From positions 10,718 through 74,717 of the IMG/VR virus record IMGVR_UViG_3300008267_000780: 64,000 bases of DNA; one strand, written 5' to 3'. Made by a program: the position numbers and the translations under genes. Positions 47,758 to 57,333 of the stretch are shown here, one piece after another; the first letter of the stretch is position 1; every line of letters begins with the position of its first letter. Source of the DNA: a virus. The notes below the pieces were generated by a model. That model saw nothing but the letters and a program-made list of their open reading frames with translations, made no database searches and was not told the DNA's origin.

Positions 47758-48344
47758 TGGCAGTACCAACATCAAATATAAGTATGAGCGCAATTTACGG
47801 GGAGGCCAACGTAGGTGGCCCCCCGAGCGACTTGGCGGTTAGTGACTTATTCAAATTGTCATATTTTGAAAGTAACGCTTTCGGTGGTCCCTTGGCATAT
47901 AATGCTTGGGGTATTTATGGAAATGCGAGTGGCGCAGACAGAATTTATGGACTTTCGGCAAGTAACACCAATAATAACTTTAATCAATTTGCGAGCAAAG
48001 TTTACTATATGGATAATTCAACGTATGCTAACTATGTAGATGTAGTCAACAATTTAGTAGCACCCCCCCCTCCTGACCCACCTGATTTGAACGATATAAC
48101 TGTTTTTTGTAGATTATATGATTCTACAGGTGTTTATCAATATAGTTTGTTTCAGTCCTTAATAGCCGCAGGTGGTAGTGCAAGTCAAATATTTAGTAAC
48201 ACGACTGAACCTATTTTGGCAGTAGCATATTGGGAAGTTCAGTTTCAGCCATCGAGTCCTATGTTTGCAGGTACAACGTGTAATATAGATATAAATAATA
48301 TTAGTAGCATCAAATTCATCAGGGTACATTGGCACTTACTTTGA
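47757..48344 (+). CDS. fibre-associated protein (true C-terminus possibly in another frame, ending 48360)
   Basis: MAVPTSNISMSAIYGE N-terminus typical of genes after S74 fibres; TAATG coupling. Confidence 0.7.
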   Translation: MAVPTSNISMSAIYGEANVGGPPSDLAVSDLFKLSYFESNAFGGPLAYNAWGIYGNASGADRIYGLSASNTNNNFNQFASKVYYMDNSTYANYVDVVNNLVAPPPPDPPDLNDITVFCRLYDSTGVYQYSLFQSLIAAGGSASQIFSNTTEPILAVAYWEVQFQPSSPMFAGTTCNIDINNISSIKFIRVHWHLL

Positions 48345-48361
48345 TATTTCAATAGGTTAAG

Positions 48362-48369
48362 TAAATTTG
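48362..48369 (+). promoter_or_regulatory. Bacteroidota -7 promoter TAAATTTG
   Basis: TAnnTTTG upstream of ATG 48390. Confidence 0.5.
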
Positions 48370-48389
48370 AAGTGAATAAAAATGTAACT

Positions 48390-48647
48390 ATGGAAAAAAT
48401 ATTATTATCAGAAGAAGAATTAAATGAATCACGAATCATTTCTCAAATTCAAAATGACTTGAATTCTCAAATCGCGACTTTCACAAGACAAATTGAATCG
48501 TTAAAATCCAAGCGTAAATATGCAATCCAAGAATTCACAGAATTAGAGGAAAAAAACAAAGTCTTTTATGAGCATATTACTAAGAAATACGGTGTTGGAA
48601 GCATTGATTTGGACACGGGTGAGTTTACCCTAATAAATATCAAATGA
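48390..48647 (+). CDS. coiled-coil phage protein (KYGxGSIDLDTGEF type)
   Basis: ATG at 48390; heptad pattern. Confidence 0.7.
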   Translation: MEKILLSEEELNESRIISQIQNDLNSQIATFTRQIESLKSKRKYAIQEFTELEEKNKVFYEHITKKYGVGSIDLDTGEFTLINIK

Positions 48648-49117
48648 TAGTTGTTTTTTATGGGAAAAGAAACTCAGGCAAGACAACTCTTTGCCGTGAG
48701 TTTTATGGTTGGGTAAAACAGAATTTGCCTCTCAGATGTCATTACTTAGATGCAGACAAACTTCGGTTTGTTTATGGTCTAAAAGGATTCTCTGAGCAAA
48801 CAGAAAGAGCATTGGTACAAAAAGCGATGGAAATATCGCGTTATGAGGAAAGTTTAAATGACGTTGTTTTGATTAGTATTTCTTTTGCATATAAGGACCA
48901 AAGAGAAGTTTTTGAAGAAAACAGGGGAATTTTATGGATACCTTTGACACACGATGAGTCTCAAAGGCCCACGAATAAAAAAGAATTTGAAAACGCTCAG
49001 TTCGAAAAATTGGAAAATGAAATTGACACATCGCAAAATGATGTGAAATCGGCATTAAATACAGTAATCCAACGCTACAAAGATTTTTGTGTAACTTCGC
49101 AATACAAGGGGAAATGA
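48644..49117 (+). CDS. adenylyl-sulfate-kinase-like P-loop protein
   Basis: FYGKRNSGKTT, LDADKLR..GFSEQ. Confidence 0.6.
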   Translation: MIVVFYGKRNSGKTTLCREFYGWVKQNLPLRCHYLDADKLRFVYGLKGFSEQTERALVQKAMEISRYEESLNDVVLISISFAYKDQREVFEENRGILWIPLTHDESQRPTNKKEFENAQFEKLENEIDTSQNDVKSALNTVIQRYKDFCVTSQYKGK

Positions 49118-49335
49118 CAACTCAACAGCAACAAAGCGCAATGATTGAAAAATGGGTAAATCGCATACTTCTTGGAATATGCGCATTTTTCTGTGCTCAA
49201 TTATTTGCGGATATGAAAACTCAACGTCACGACATAGAAGAAGTGAAATTGAGTAACGCGAGAATTGAAACGGAAATAAAGTACATCAGAGAAATGGTGG
49301 AGCCGTATCGAAATAATAAAGTAGTTAACAATTAA
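49114..49335 (+). CDS. small membrane/coiled-coil protein
   Basis: TM followed by a coil. Confidence 0.65.
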   Translation: MTTQQQQSAMIEKWVNRILLGICAFFCAQLFADMKTQRHDIEEVKLSNARIETEIKYIREMVEPYRNNKVVNN

Positions 49336-49341
49336 AAAATT

Positions 49342-49644
49342 ATGCCAATACCTGTAGCAATAGCGGCAGCATTAATCACAACGGCAGGTAGTACGGCTGT
49401 AGGTGGTTTAGATGTTGTCTCAAAACGAAAACTCGAAAAAAACCTTGCTAAATTAAACGCTGCGGAGGCCGAGGCTCTTCAAAAGCAATTAGCAAAAGAA
49501 AAGGATGCTCAAACCAAATTGATTTTACTGCAGGATGCTGCGGATAAAGCGCAAAAAAGAAGCACGACGAATATAATTATTGGCTCTGCAATCGGCTTAA
49601 TTGGCTTGATTGCGGCAATTATTGCATTAAAAAACAAAAAGTAA
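49342..49644 (+). CDS. membrane protein
   Basis: hydrophobic N- and C-termini. Confidence 0.75.
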   Translation: MPIPVAIAAALITTAGSTAVGGLDVVSKRKLEKNLAKLNAAEAEALQKQLAKEKDAQTKLILLQDAADKAQKRSTTNIIIGSAIGLIGLIAAIIALKNKK

Positions 49645-49961
49645 TGGAGTTTTCAAAAGAAGTAAAAAACGCGGTCATCATTGCAGTTGCGACAATTACT
49701 TTATATGTGCTGTTGAAACCAAAGAAAAATAGTCTTAGCAAGCCTATGAAGGCGACTAAAGACGAACTGAGTCAAAAGCAAAATGCTCGAACCATTTTGG
49801 ATGCTTACTTAAATGCAGTTGATGCAAAAGAATCATCAACAGCACTACAGAAATTGAACGCAATTTTTGCGGACGAATATTCAATGAAGGTGTATAAAAC
49901 AAAGAGTGGCAGTTATGTAGCGCGAACCTTAGACGGTAAAGATGTATTAGTAGCAAAATAA
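49644..49961 (+). CDS. membrane-anchored protein
   Basis: N-terminal TM. Confidence 0.75.
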   Translation: MEFSKEVKNAVIIAVATITLYVLLKPKKNSLSKPMKATKDELSQKQNARTILDAYLNAVDAKESSTALQKLNAIFADEYSMKVYKTKSGSYVARTLDGKDVLVAK

Positions 49962-50410
49962 TGGCCACGTTCAATCCAATCATAACGACATATCCAAATG
50001 ACGCAATCAGAGTTACAAGCGCGTCTGATATTAGTTATGAAACGGTGAACGCAAGTGTGGGTACGGGTTACTATTATGATTTCAAAAGTTTTTATCAATT
50101 TTCATCGGTCTTAGAGCAACTTCTTGAACCCATATACTTGCTGAAATTTAGTAAACAGGGTGACAGGAATGTTTACTATATGAATAATACAATTGACCCA
50201 TATCAGGGTACATCGGCATTGTCTATAGATACCGAATTTCTTGATTACAGGTTTGATTCAAACAACGCTTTCATCCCAAGAATTCTTGGAAATACAACCT
50301 TGTTTTATCGCTTCGATATTCACGAATTAAGTAATGAAGATTTATTGACAAGGGGAGAAAGTAATTTTGGAATGATAGATTTTTACGAAGATTACGAAAT
50401 AGATTTCTGA
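49961..50410 (+). CDS. paralogue of the MCP candidate's C-terminal two-thirds (minor capsid protein?)
   Basis: ISY..QLLEPI..TIDPYQ..YRFD..LGNTT aligns with MCP VTY..QLLETI..TVDPYQ..YRID..LASTT. Confidence 0.7.
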   Translation: MATFNPIITTYPNDAIRVTSASDISYETVNASVGTGYYYDFKSFYQFSSVLEQLLEPIYLLKFSKQGDRNVYYMNNTIDPYQGTSALSIDTEFLDYRFDSNNAFIPRILGNTTLFYRFDIHELSNEDLLTRGESNFGMIDFYEDYEIDF

Positions 50411-50772
50411 TGCCCGCCAAAAAAATGATATTAAATATTGAAAACCATACGCCCTATCCCGCGTATATTTCTCTTTTAGGTGGTCTTCAGGACCCAAACC
50501 AATATAATATCAATGCTCAAACAGAATATTTGTATGATATCGGTAACTACAATTGGGCGACATCAAGCATATGGACTTTACAATTCAAAAGGGTTGGAGC
50601 ATCGACTTTCAGTGTACAACAGGGGCCTACAAACGGAAGTTCACAGGCATTTTTGATAAATTTAAATCTTTCAAGTTTAGGGTTGTTCAATACGCTTAGA
50701 GTGAGTTCAACCATATTTCTTCTGTACACTTTCAATGATTACTACGAGTTTGGTACACTTACAATAAACTAA
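50410..50772 (+). CDS. beta-rich protein whose N-terminus resembles the MCP's first strands
   Basis: MILNIENHTPYPAYISLLGG vs MCP YIIQIANTGSAVSNFSVLGS. Confidence 0.55.
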   Translation: MPAKKMILNIENHTPYPAYISLLGGLQDPNQYNINAQTEYLYDIGNYNWATSSIWTLQFKRVGASTFSVQQGPTNGSSQAFLINLNLSSLGLFNTLRVSSTIFLLYTFNDYYEFGTLTIN

Positions 50773-50794
50773 AAACCACCCCGAAAGGTGGTTT
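50773..50794. terminator. hairpin between convergent gene blocks
   Basis: aaaccacc-ccgaaa-ggtggttt. Confidence 0.65.
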
Positions 50795-50888
50795 ACAGTC
50801 TGAAGGAACAGTCACTTCTCAATAGAATCTTTAAAATCGTCGAATTCAAAATACTTTAATATTTTGCAACAACGACACGAATTTAGTG

Positions 50889-51674
50889 TCAATCATCTGT
50901 ATAAGCAAGTTTTGCATAAAGGCCCTTTTTTGTGGGCTTTTTGTCGTTTATAATGATGACTCTTTCTTCATCATCAAGGGTCAAAACTGCACCTCCTTCA
51001 ACTTGGTCGTCAAAACTTAAAGCCCTTGAACCCAAGGAGTCTTTTGGCAGTAGTTTAGACAACTGTTTCAACACGATTTTCTTTAGCATCCAAAATTGAC
51101 TGTCTTTTGCGTCATTGAAATACAGTTCGTTTCTATTTTGAAGATTCTCCACAATCGTTTCCAATTCTTTCTTAGACATCACCTTGAAGACCTTTTCTTC
51201 ATCGCGCGTTTTGACCATCGCGTAAATGTGAGTTAAAGAAATCGATGTTCTCAAATCGTCTTTGGGTTTGTGACGTAGAATTGGGTCAAGTCCAAGTTCA
51301 TAATCGAAGTCATCCGCCTCGTGCACAGACTCACACCAAATTGATTTTACGCCATTATTTCGCATCAAGAGTGTGATTACACCTTTGTAGCCTAAAATAG
51401 GCTTAATTTGGCCCTTGTAGGGCAAAAAGAAAAACTCTCCGACTGATGGATTGGGGCTCAAACCCAATTCTGCACAATGAATGATTGCCGCAAACAGGTT
51501 GCGAGGATTTTTTTGGAATGCAAACAGCATTTCTTCATTTCTCCTGACTTCAGTTAAAACAACTTGTTTGAACTGAGCGGGCGATATGGAATGATTTTTC
51601 AACAAATCGACCAATACCTTTTGTTCAAAAGTGTCGAGTTGAATACTAAATTTTGTTAAAAGGGCGTTATCCAT
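50889..51674 (-). CDS. recT: RecT-family ssDNA annealing protein
   Basis: AELGLSP..FFLPYKG..LGYKG..DFDYELGL..MLKKIVLKQLSKLLP. Confidence 0.85.
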   Translation of the reverse strand: MDNALLTKFSIQLDTFEQKVLVDLLKNHSISPAQFKQVVLTEVRRNEEMLFAFQKNPRNLFAAIIHCAELGLSPNPSVGEFFFLPYKGQIKPILGYKGVITLLMRNNGVKSIWCESVHEADDFDYELGLDPILRHKPKDDLRTSISLTHIYAMVKTRDEEKVFKVMSKKELETIVENLQNRNELYFNDAKDSQFWMLKKIVLKQLSKLLPKDSLGSRALSFDDQVEGGAVLTLDDEERVIIINDKKPTKKGLYAKLAYTDD

Positions 51675-51681
51675 TGGTTTT

Positions 51682-51897
51682 TTATTTTGATTTAATTAGG
51701 GTTAGGGCTTCTTTCATCATCCTGACTTTTTTCAAATCTGAGGGCGTGTAGCCGTGTATGTCAAGCAACCTATTAAAAGTTGCTATTCTCTGTTCAATCA
51801 GAATTACAGATTCGTCTTTGGTGTGATTTGGAAGCAACTCATTTACAATTTCAATAGCATCTTTTGCTTCGGGAAAAGGAATAAAGGTTTCGTACAT
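51682..51897 (-). CDS. hypothetical protein
   Basis: 71-aa ORF coupled within the minus-strand run. Confidence 0.6.
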   Translation of the reverse strand: MYETFIPFPEAKDAIEIVNELLPNHTKDESVILIEQRIATFNRLLDIHGYTPSDLKKVRMMKEALTLIKSK

Positions 51898-53114
51898 TAT
51901 GGTTTTGGATTGATGTCAACAAGTGATTTCTGACCTATGTGAATGAATAAATTTTCTTTGGTTAAAATTTGTTGTCTGTTTGGATATTCATCGGCAAATT
52001 TCAATTCCCATCCGTGGTCTTTGTGAAATATTTTGTTCTCAAAAACGCGTCTGCGAAAAATTGAAGGGTTGTTACCATAATTGTTCATTTTTACCTCTTG
52101 CCATTTTAAAAATCCATTTTGCATTTCATAAAAGTGCCTGTAATTTTTTGGGAAAGGGTTTTTCCAATAATATTCATTCAAAGAAGTTTCTGACTTGATT
52201 TCGTCGGATTGAATTTCAAATACCTGAGAGAACATAATTTGGTCAAATGCGGAATGCTTTTTCAAATAATTGATGTGTTTGCCTAAATCGAGGGGTTTCA
52301 CTGATTCCCAATCGTCTTCAAGCAAAAATACAAATTCGCTTGGTCCCATTAGGTGTTTAATCATATTGAACTTATCTACATAATCAAATTGACCATCACT
52401 GTTAAAAGTTACTACGTGCGCTTTTTTACCGAACAAGGCATCCAAATACAATTCCATTTTATATCGCTCCTCAGAAGTACTTCGGTCATCCAAAACCCAA
52501 ACCTCATTGAACATAGTCCTGTAGTTTGGATTGTGTTTCTGAAGAGATTTCAGTGTGCGCAGGAAATAGTCAAAACGTCTGCCTGATGAAATTATCAAAT
52601 TAGGGGCCACGTGAGGCTCGTAATTGATGTAATAGCCATATTCGTCATCTCCATACAATAACTTCAAATTAGGATACCTATTGGCCATAACTTCAGGTGT
52701 TAAATCAGGTTGATGGTGAGTCTCATAAATGTTTCCCTCATATTCGCCCCTGTGCTCCAAATATGGAACAGCCACCAAGCATTTAATATTGTAGGTTTCT
52801 ATTGTACCCATCAACAAAGTTGCATCAGATGGTGTGAGATGCTCAAGTATGTCGCCTAAAATGATGTAATCATACATCAAAATGTTAACGGTCATAATAC
52901 TTTGCTGATAAATGGTATTGTATTTTGCTGCAAGGTTAAATTGAGGAATGTAGGGGTCCCAAATTTCCACTGCGTCCATTGGAATTTTTAAAAGGTCCGC
53001 ATAGGTTCCTGAGCCCGCTCCAACGTCAAGGACGCGGGGATTAGAGGTGTTCTGTAGTTCTAAGAGAATGTGCTCTCGAACATTGTGTTTGAATTTGTTA
53101 TTTGAATAGGGCAT
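51897..53114 (-). CDS. class I SAM methyltransferase + GT2-like glycosyltransferase fusion
   Basis: VLDVGAGSG, GDILEHL; VLDDRS, FLLEDDW. Confidence 0.8.
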   Translation of the reverse strand: MPYSNNKFKHNVREHILLELQNTSNPRVLDVGAGSGTYADLLKIPMDAVEIWDPYIPQFNLAAKYNTIYQQSIMTVNILMYDYIILGDILEHLTPSDATLLMGTIETYNIKCLVAVPYLEHRGEYEGNIYETHHQPDLTPEVMANRYPNLKLLYGDDEYGYYINYEPHVAPNLIISSGRRFDYFLRTLKSLQKHNPNYRTMFNEVWVLDDRSTSEERYKMELYLDALFGKKAHVVTFNSDGQFDYVDKFNMIKHLMGPSEFVFLLEDDWESVKPLDLGKHINYLKKHSAFDQIMFSQVFEIQSDEIKSETSLNEYYWKNPFPKNYRHFYEMQNGFLKWQEVKMNNYGNNPSIFRRRVFENKIFHKDHGWELKFADEYPNRQQILTKENLFIHIGQKSLVDINPKP

Positions 53115-53115
53115 T

Positions 53116-53910
53116 TTAGTAGAATACTTGTTTGATTTTAGGTAAAAGGGCTCTTTGTTCGCAAGTTTCATTTAGGTGGCACTTGTTACACCTTTTGAGT
53201 TCGGGATATGCTTTCCAACCGTTTGGAGATTTCATTTCTCTTTTTAGTGCTTGAGAAACATTTTTGACTCCCTCCAAGTGTTCCATTTCTTTGCTTGGGT
53301 CTACCAAAACTTCAAAAATTCGGACATCCATTGGGTCCTTGGTATTGAATACAAAAAAGTAAAAAGGCACATCATCTGTCTTGAATTTTTCTTTAGCAAT
53401 AATTTTGTAGTGAACGGCTTGGGTTAATATTTTTTCCTTCTGTTCAAGGAAGTCTTCGTGCCAACCCAATTCATTCCATTTGTCATCCACTAAACCTGAG
53501 TATTTAAGGTCAATGATACACTTTTTACCATTCCATTTTGCAATAATATCGGTGGTGCAAGACATATTCAATTTTGTGCTCACCAACTTTTTGCCAAAAC
53601 TCAGCATTTTAATGTTCATTGCTTTTAAAAGGGCTCTACAAAAAATGGCACTTTGATTGGCGCGTTCATAATCTTCTGACAACCTTTCTTTTGCTGTCCC
53701 TTTGTAAACCGTATCGGGTTCGGGTGGTGTTCCGTCACCATAAGCGGGAAGACCTCCTGTGGCCATATATTCAAAATATTGACCAAGTTTCATTGCTTTG
53801 GTCGGCACAGATTGAATACCATCGAGGTATTTTGCTTTCACAACTAAGCCACATTCTTCTTTCACCCGATATTCGGCAAAAGACTTCATAAAAGATTGAC
53901 TAATTTTCAT
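53116..53910 (-). CDS. PD-(D/E)XK exonuclease (RecE/Cas4-like), likely RecT partner
   Basis: TDII..IIDLKY..QAVHY; C-terminal CNKC..C. Confidence 0.75.
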   Translation of the reverse strand: MKISQSFMKSFAEYRVKEECGLVVKAKYLDGIQSVPTKAMKLGQYFEYMATGGLPAYGDGTPPEPDTVYKGTAKERLSEDYERANQSAIFCRALLKAMNIKMLSFGKKLVSTKLNMSCTTDIIAKWNGKKCIIDLKYSGLVDDKWNELGWHEDFLEQKEKILTQAVHYKIIAKEKFKTDDVPFYFFVFNTKDPMDVRIFEVLVDPSKEMEHLEGVKNVSQALKREMKSPNGWKAYPELKRCNKCHLNETCEQRALLPKIKQVFY

Positions 53911-54115
53911 TTGGTGTATGTTTTAAAAAAAAGGTTTTAAAAAATGATTCACTCACGGCCATTTGGATTAAGACAAGATTGCTCCAATTTATTGCAGCAT
54001 AAAATTTGCCTTCTTTTTTTCTCAGCAGTATATCGAAACGTCGGCATACAAAATATTTGCTCTCGTCTGTCAGTGACAATGCTTTAGTGAAATAATCCTC
54101 TACACTGTTTTCCAT
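53900..54115 (-). CDS. hypothetical protein
   Basis: 71-aa ORF overlapping its neighbours. Confidence 0.55.
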   Translation of the reverse strand: MENSVEDYFTKALSLTDESKYFVCRRFDILLRKKEGKFYAAINWSNLVLIQMAVSESFFKTFFLKHTPNEN

Positions 54116-54588
54116 AAATGCAAAATGTCATTGAGGGTTTGTCCCTGATTTAATACATAACAATTAGACTCAAGTTGTCTTTCAATTAACCAATCGTTCC
54201 AATTATCCATTACAAGTTGTATTAGGCTCATCGGAGACCCACGACGTTCCATCCGCTTATAATATTCTTTTTTGCAGTTCAGAGCGGGTACTACTATAGA
54301 AAAATCAATAAAGTTTTCTTGTAAACACTGACGAACATTTTCGTGACTACTGACAAATACAAAGTCAAGAAAATCGTGTTTCATTTGAAATTTAATGTGG
54401 TCAATATAGTTTTGAGGAAAATCAGGATTTGGCATTCTTGAGCCACTATGAGTCATAAGAAAATCTCCATTAGGGTCCGTAAGCCAATTCCATTGACTTG
54501 AATCAAGGTCAACACACATAAAATTAGAATTGCGCGCTGCATAAGTTTTTCCAATCGCAGGAAAGCCTGAAATTACTTTTGTAGCCAT
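54100..54588 (-). CDS. P-loop kinase-like protein
   Basis: VISGFPAIGKT, DLDSS, FPQNYIDHI, VSSH. Confidence 0.7.
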   Translation of the reverse strand: MATKVISGFPAIGKTYAARNSNFMCVDLDSSQWNWLTDPNGDFLMTHSGSRMPNPDFPQNYIDHIKFQMKHDFLDFVFVSSHENVRQCLQENFIDFSIVVPALNCKKEYYKRMERRGSPMSLIQLVMDNWNDWLIERQLESNCYVLNQGQTLNDILHLWKTV

Positions 54589-54842
54589 AAAAAATTACGG
54601 GTGTTAAAATTTAATTCGTAGTTTTTGATTTCCTGATACCGTGGCTTGTTTTCTTCAACGAATTCCATTTCAAGCAATTTAACATAACTATCAAGCCAAA
54701 ACCTTGCTTCTTTCAAAGAATCAAAACCATAATCAGGTTGCCTTTGAAGCGGAAACCAAAAGAGATTAAAAAATTTTCTGTCAATTGCATACCCGCCTTG
54801 CGAAAATTCGCGAATTCGAAATTGTAGTTTTTTTGTTTTCAT
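54573..54842 (-). CDS. hypothetical protein
   Basis: 89-aa ORF. Confidence 0.6.
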   Translation of the reverse strand: MKTKKLQFRIREFSQGGYAIDRKFFNLFWFPLQRQPDYGFDSLKEARFWLDSYVKLLEMEFVEENKPRYQEIKNYELNFNTRNFLWLQK

Positions 54843-54845
54843 ATA

Positions 54846-55100
54846 TTAGTTGTTAGTTGTTTTTTTTGACCAACCCCGTCCATCCCACATCACTTGACCT
54901 GTCTTTGTTTCTTTCACGCTTACATCAGCCACAAGGGTCTCAGAAGTCTCCCGTAACAAATTGGTAAGGATGTACCCTTTTTCTTTGAAATTAGGGTCAT
55001 TGCAAACCTGTTCAAGCACTTTCCTTGCAGTATGCTTACTCTTTGCTTCGACGCTTATAGGCTTATCGATATCAAGAAAGTAATACTTGTAGATTTTCAT
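54846..55100 (-). CDS. hypothetical protein
   Basis: 84-aa ORF. Confidence 0.6.
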   Translation of the reverse strand: MKIYKYYFLDIDKPISVEAKSKHTARKVLEQVCNDPNFKEKGYILTNLLRETSETLVADVSVKETKTGQVMWDGRGWSKKTTNN

Positions 55101-55140
55101 TAATTTCGAAGTGATTTACTGCAATGGTAAGTCGTGTGCA

Positions 55141-55172
55141 AAAGGGGAGTTTTGCCAACTGACTCCCCTTTT
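55141..55172 (-). terminator. rho-independent terminator
   Basis: aaaggggagt...actccccttt inverted repeat directly after the 55171 stop. Confidence 0.7.
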
Positions 55173-55512
55173 ATTTTTGACCGTATCCTAAATCTTTTTT
55201 AACAGTCCTTGTATGTTTTTGACGTGATACCCATTCGTCACCGCGCAAATGCGGGTTTTCTTCTTGGACCTTTTGCCATTGACGTGCTATTGACGCTTGG
55301 TGTTCAAAAGTGCCCTTGGAATAAAGGCTGAAAAACTGTTTTGCGCTCAGTAATTCAAAGTCAATCTTATTTTTAGGTGCATCTATATGATACCAATAAT
55401 TACAAGTTGTTCGGAGCAAGTTGTCACGGAGACTTGGGTCTTGTTCTAACAACACCTTTACGTTGTGTTTTACATCACCGCGTTTGCCATTTATTTTAAA
55501 ATGCTGTTTCAT
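55171..55512 (-). CDS. hypothetical phage protein
   Basis: 113 aa; SIARQWQKVQEENPHLRG. Confidence 0.65.
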   Translation of the reverse strand: MKQHFKINGKRGDVKHNVKVLLEQDPSLRDNLLRTTCNYWYHIDAPKNKIDFELLSAKQFFSLYSKGTFEHQASIARQWQKVQEENPHLRGDEWVSRQKHTRTVKKDLGYGQK

Positions 55513-55904
55513 ATATCAGTATTTTGGATTTCGTAAAATTGAATGGCATTTTTGATTGTTTCAAAAATCTGTCTGTGAGATTGAGACTCGCCCTCGCTGT
55601 CACAGCCAACAATCAAACCATTGTTGAAAAAAGGACCATAAACATTTCCTTTGGCGGCTTGAAAAGAAAATGCTCCTTTAACGTAGCCATCGCCCTTGAT
55701 AAGACTTTCTTCGTCTACAAAGCAAGTGTCCATATGAGATTTTGATTCAACAGCGGAAACGATTGGTAAGTAAAAACCTTTTTCAATCATTTCGCATTCA
55801 AGGCCCATCGCATCATACATAGATTGTAGACCACCTTCGATTTCGACTTCGTAAACAGTCCTGCTTACTACGTCAATTTTTATGCATTTCATAATTTTAT
55901 CCAT
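55509..55904 (-). CDS. DUF3846-like protein
   Basis: LQSMYDAMG..FVDEESL..NGLIVG pattern. Confidence 0.55.
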   Translation of the reverse strand: MDKIMKCIKIDVVSRTVYEVEIEGGLQSMYDAMGLECEMIEKGFYLPIVSAVESKSHMDTCFVDEESLIKGDGYVKGAFSFQAAKGNVYGPFFNNGLIVGCDSEGESQSHRQIFETIKNAIQFYEIQNTDI

Positions 55905-56079
55905 TGTCCTTTTTAGTAGCGTTCATCAATATTGCAATCCTTGCAGGTAGAACAAATTCCATATTACAAGAATCGCAACACTTACCTAATACGTTTAATG
56001 GAAACGCATTGTTTCCATAGCCCACAAATAGCACACGGCAAATCGGGCATTTTTTTAGAGAGTTTCCCATTGTTTTCAT
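55897..56079 (-). CDS. small Zn-finger protein
   Basis: CPIC..GYGNNAFP..CCDSCN. Confidence 0.65.
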   Translation of the reverse strand: MKTMGNSLKKCPICRVLFVGYGNNAFPLNVLGKCCDSCNMEFVLPARIAILMNATKKDNG

Positions 56080-56139
56080 TTTTGACAATTCAATATTACA
56101 AACGAAAACTTATTTTGCAAAATAATTTTTGTGAATGGA

Positions 56140-56547
56140 TTAAAATTTTATTGAAAAGGGCAAAAAAGCCTTTTCGGGCTCCAAATACTTCTTCAATTCG
56201 TTATAAACGACAATTGCTGTTGGACGGTCTGAAGCCATTTTTTTGCCTTTAAAGAACATAAATGCTTGCTGTTTAGAGGTATCCATACAGCCAAAACAAA
56301 AAGTCCGTTTACTTGGCGGGTAAGTTTCCATCAGATAAGGCTGTAGAGTCGCAAACTCCTGACCATTCTCAAGATAGTTGTGATAAGTAAAGTAGTATCC
56401 ATTGAGGCACACTTCTTTAAAATTTTGGTTATCAAATATTTTTCGATTTCGCTCAAGGACATTGTATCCTTGATTTGTCATATAATCCAACATCGTTTCG
56501 TCGTCCAAGACTTTTTCGAAGCGCATAGGTGTAAGTTGTAAATTCAT
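56140..56547 (-). CDS. hypothetical protein
   Basis: 135-aa ORF. Confidence 0.65.
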   Translation of the reverse strand: MNLQLTPMRFEKVLDDETMLDYMTNQGYNVLERNRKIFDNQNFKEVCLNGYYFTYHNYLENGQEFATLQPYLMETYPPSKRTFCFGCMDTSKQQAFMFFKGKKMASDRPTAIVVYNELKKYLEPEKAFLPFSIKF

Positions 56548-56552
56548 ATTTT

Positions 56553-57284
56553 TTAATATTCTAACTGTTTGTAGGAAAACTGCTCGGCATCCAAGTATTC
56601 GTAAACTTTACGACGGTTCTCGACGGTGTCGCGATAATAAATGCAATCGGTTCGGTAAGCCTCAAAATCATTCTCGAGGATTTCGGCAATCGCTGACATC
56701 ATTTCAAAACACTTGTACCGAATACCACGGTAAAGCAAATTAACTCTTGGGTCTTCGCTTGGAATTACAATTGGGTTCTTTTGTTTGATACCATTTTGAA
56801 ATTCGTGATAAGCAACACTTCTACCCAATACTGCAAGGGCGGCCAAGCGAATAACTTTCCAATCGTTCCCCTGAGCCTTTTTGTAAGTGTTGTCACTGAT
56901 TATCCCAAGTTTGTGGGCAATAACCCAATAGGCACTATTGATATCCGTGCCCGTGATTACTCCATACGATGCATCATAATCATAATTGGTTTGATTCACG
57001 GGATATTTATCGGGCACTTTCCAATTTGGGTTTTGCTGTAAAAACCTCATTGCATCATTTTTGACCAATTTGAAAATGAACAATTTGTTTGCAGGAAAAC
57101 TTTTTGTATCACGACTCTTATAAATCGTTTCTACACCTTGGTAGACAATTTGAGTCATAAATTTCGTTTCCCTGTAAACAAAGTTCTCACCCATCTTAAC
57201 CAAACGGTTGAAAACGGATTTGGGATTTGCACTTGGTTGAAAACGACTTTCAATAATTCCAAATGTTTCGCTCTTTTTTGCCAT
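56553..57284 (-). CDS. minimal family-B DNA polymerase palm-like protein
   Basis: DINSAY (motif A-like) and YRTDCIYY (motif C-like); no exonuclease domain. Confidence 0.55.
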   Translation of the reverse strand: MAKKSETFGIIESRFQPSANPKSVFNRLVKMGENFVYRETKFMTQIVYQGVETIYKSRDTKSFPANKLFIFKLVKNDAMRFLQQNPNWKVPDKYPVNQTNYDYDASYGVITGTDINSAYWVIAHKLGIISDNTYKKAQGNDWKVIRLAALAVLGRSVAYHEFQNGIKQKNPIVIPSEDPRVNLLYRGIRYKCFEMMSAIAEILENDFEAYRTDCIYYRDTVENRRKVYEYLDAEQFSYKQLEY

Positions 57285-57333
57285 TGTGAATCACGAAATT
57301 AAGCAAACAAAAATTATTTCCAAAAATAATTTA

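Noticed and set aside
53116-53910. Cas4 as evidence of a CRISPR system
   Set aside because: No other cas genes or array; its position near RecT fits a RecE-like recombination nuclease.
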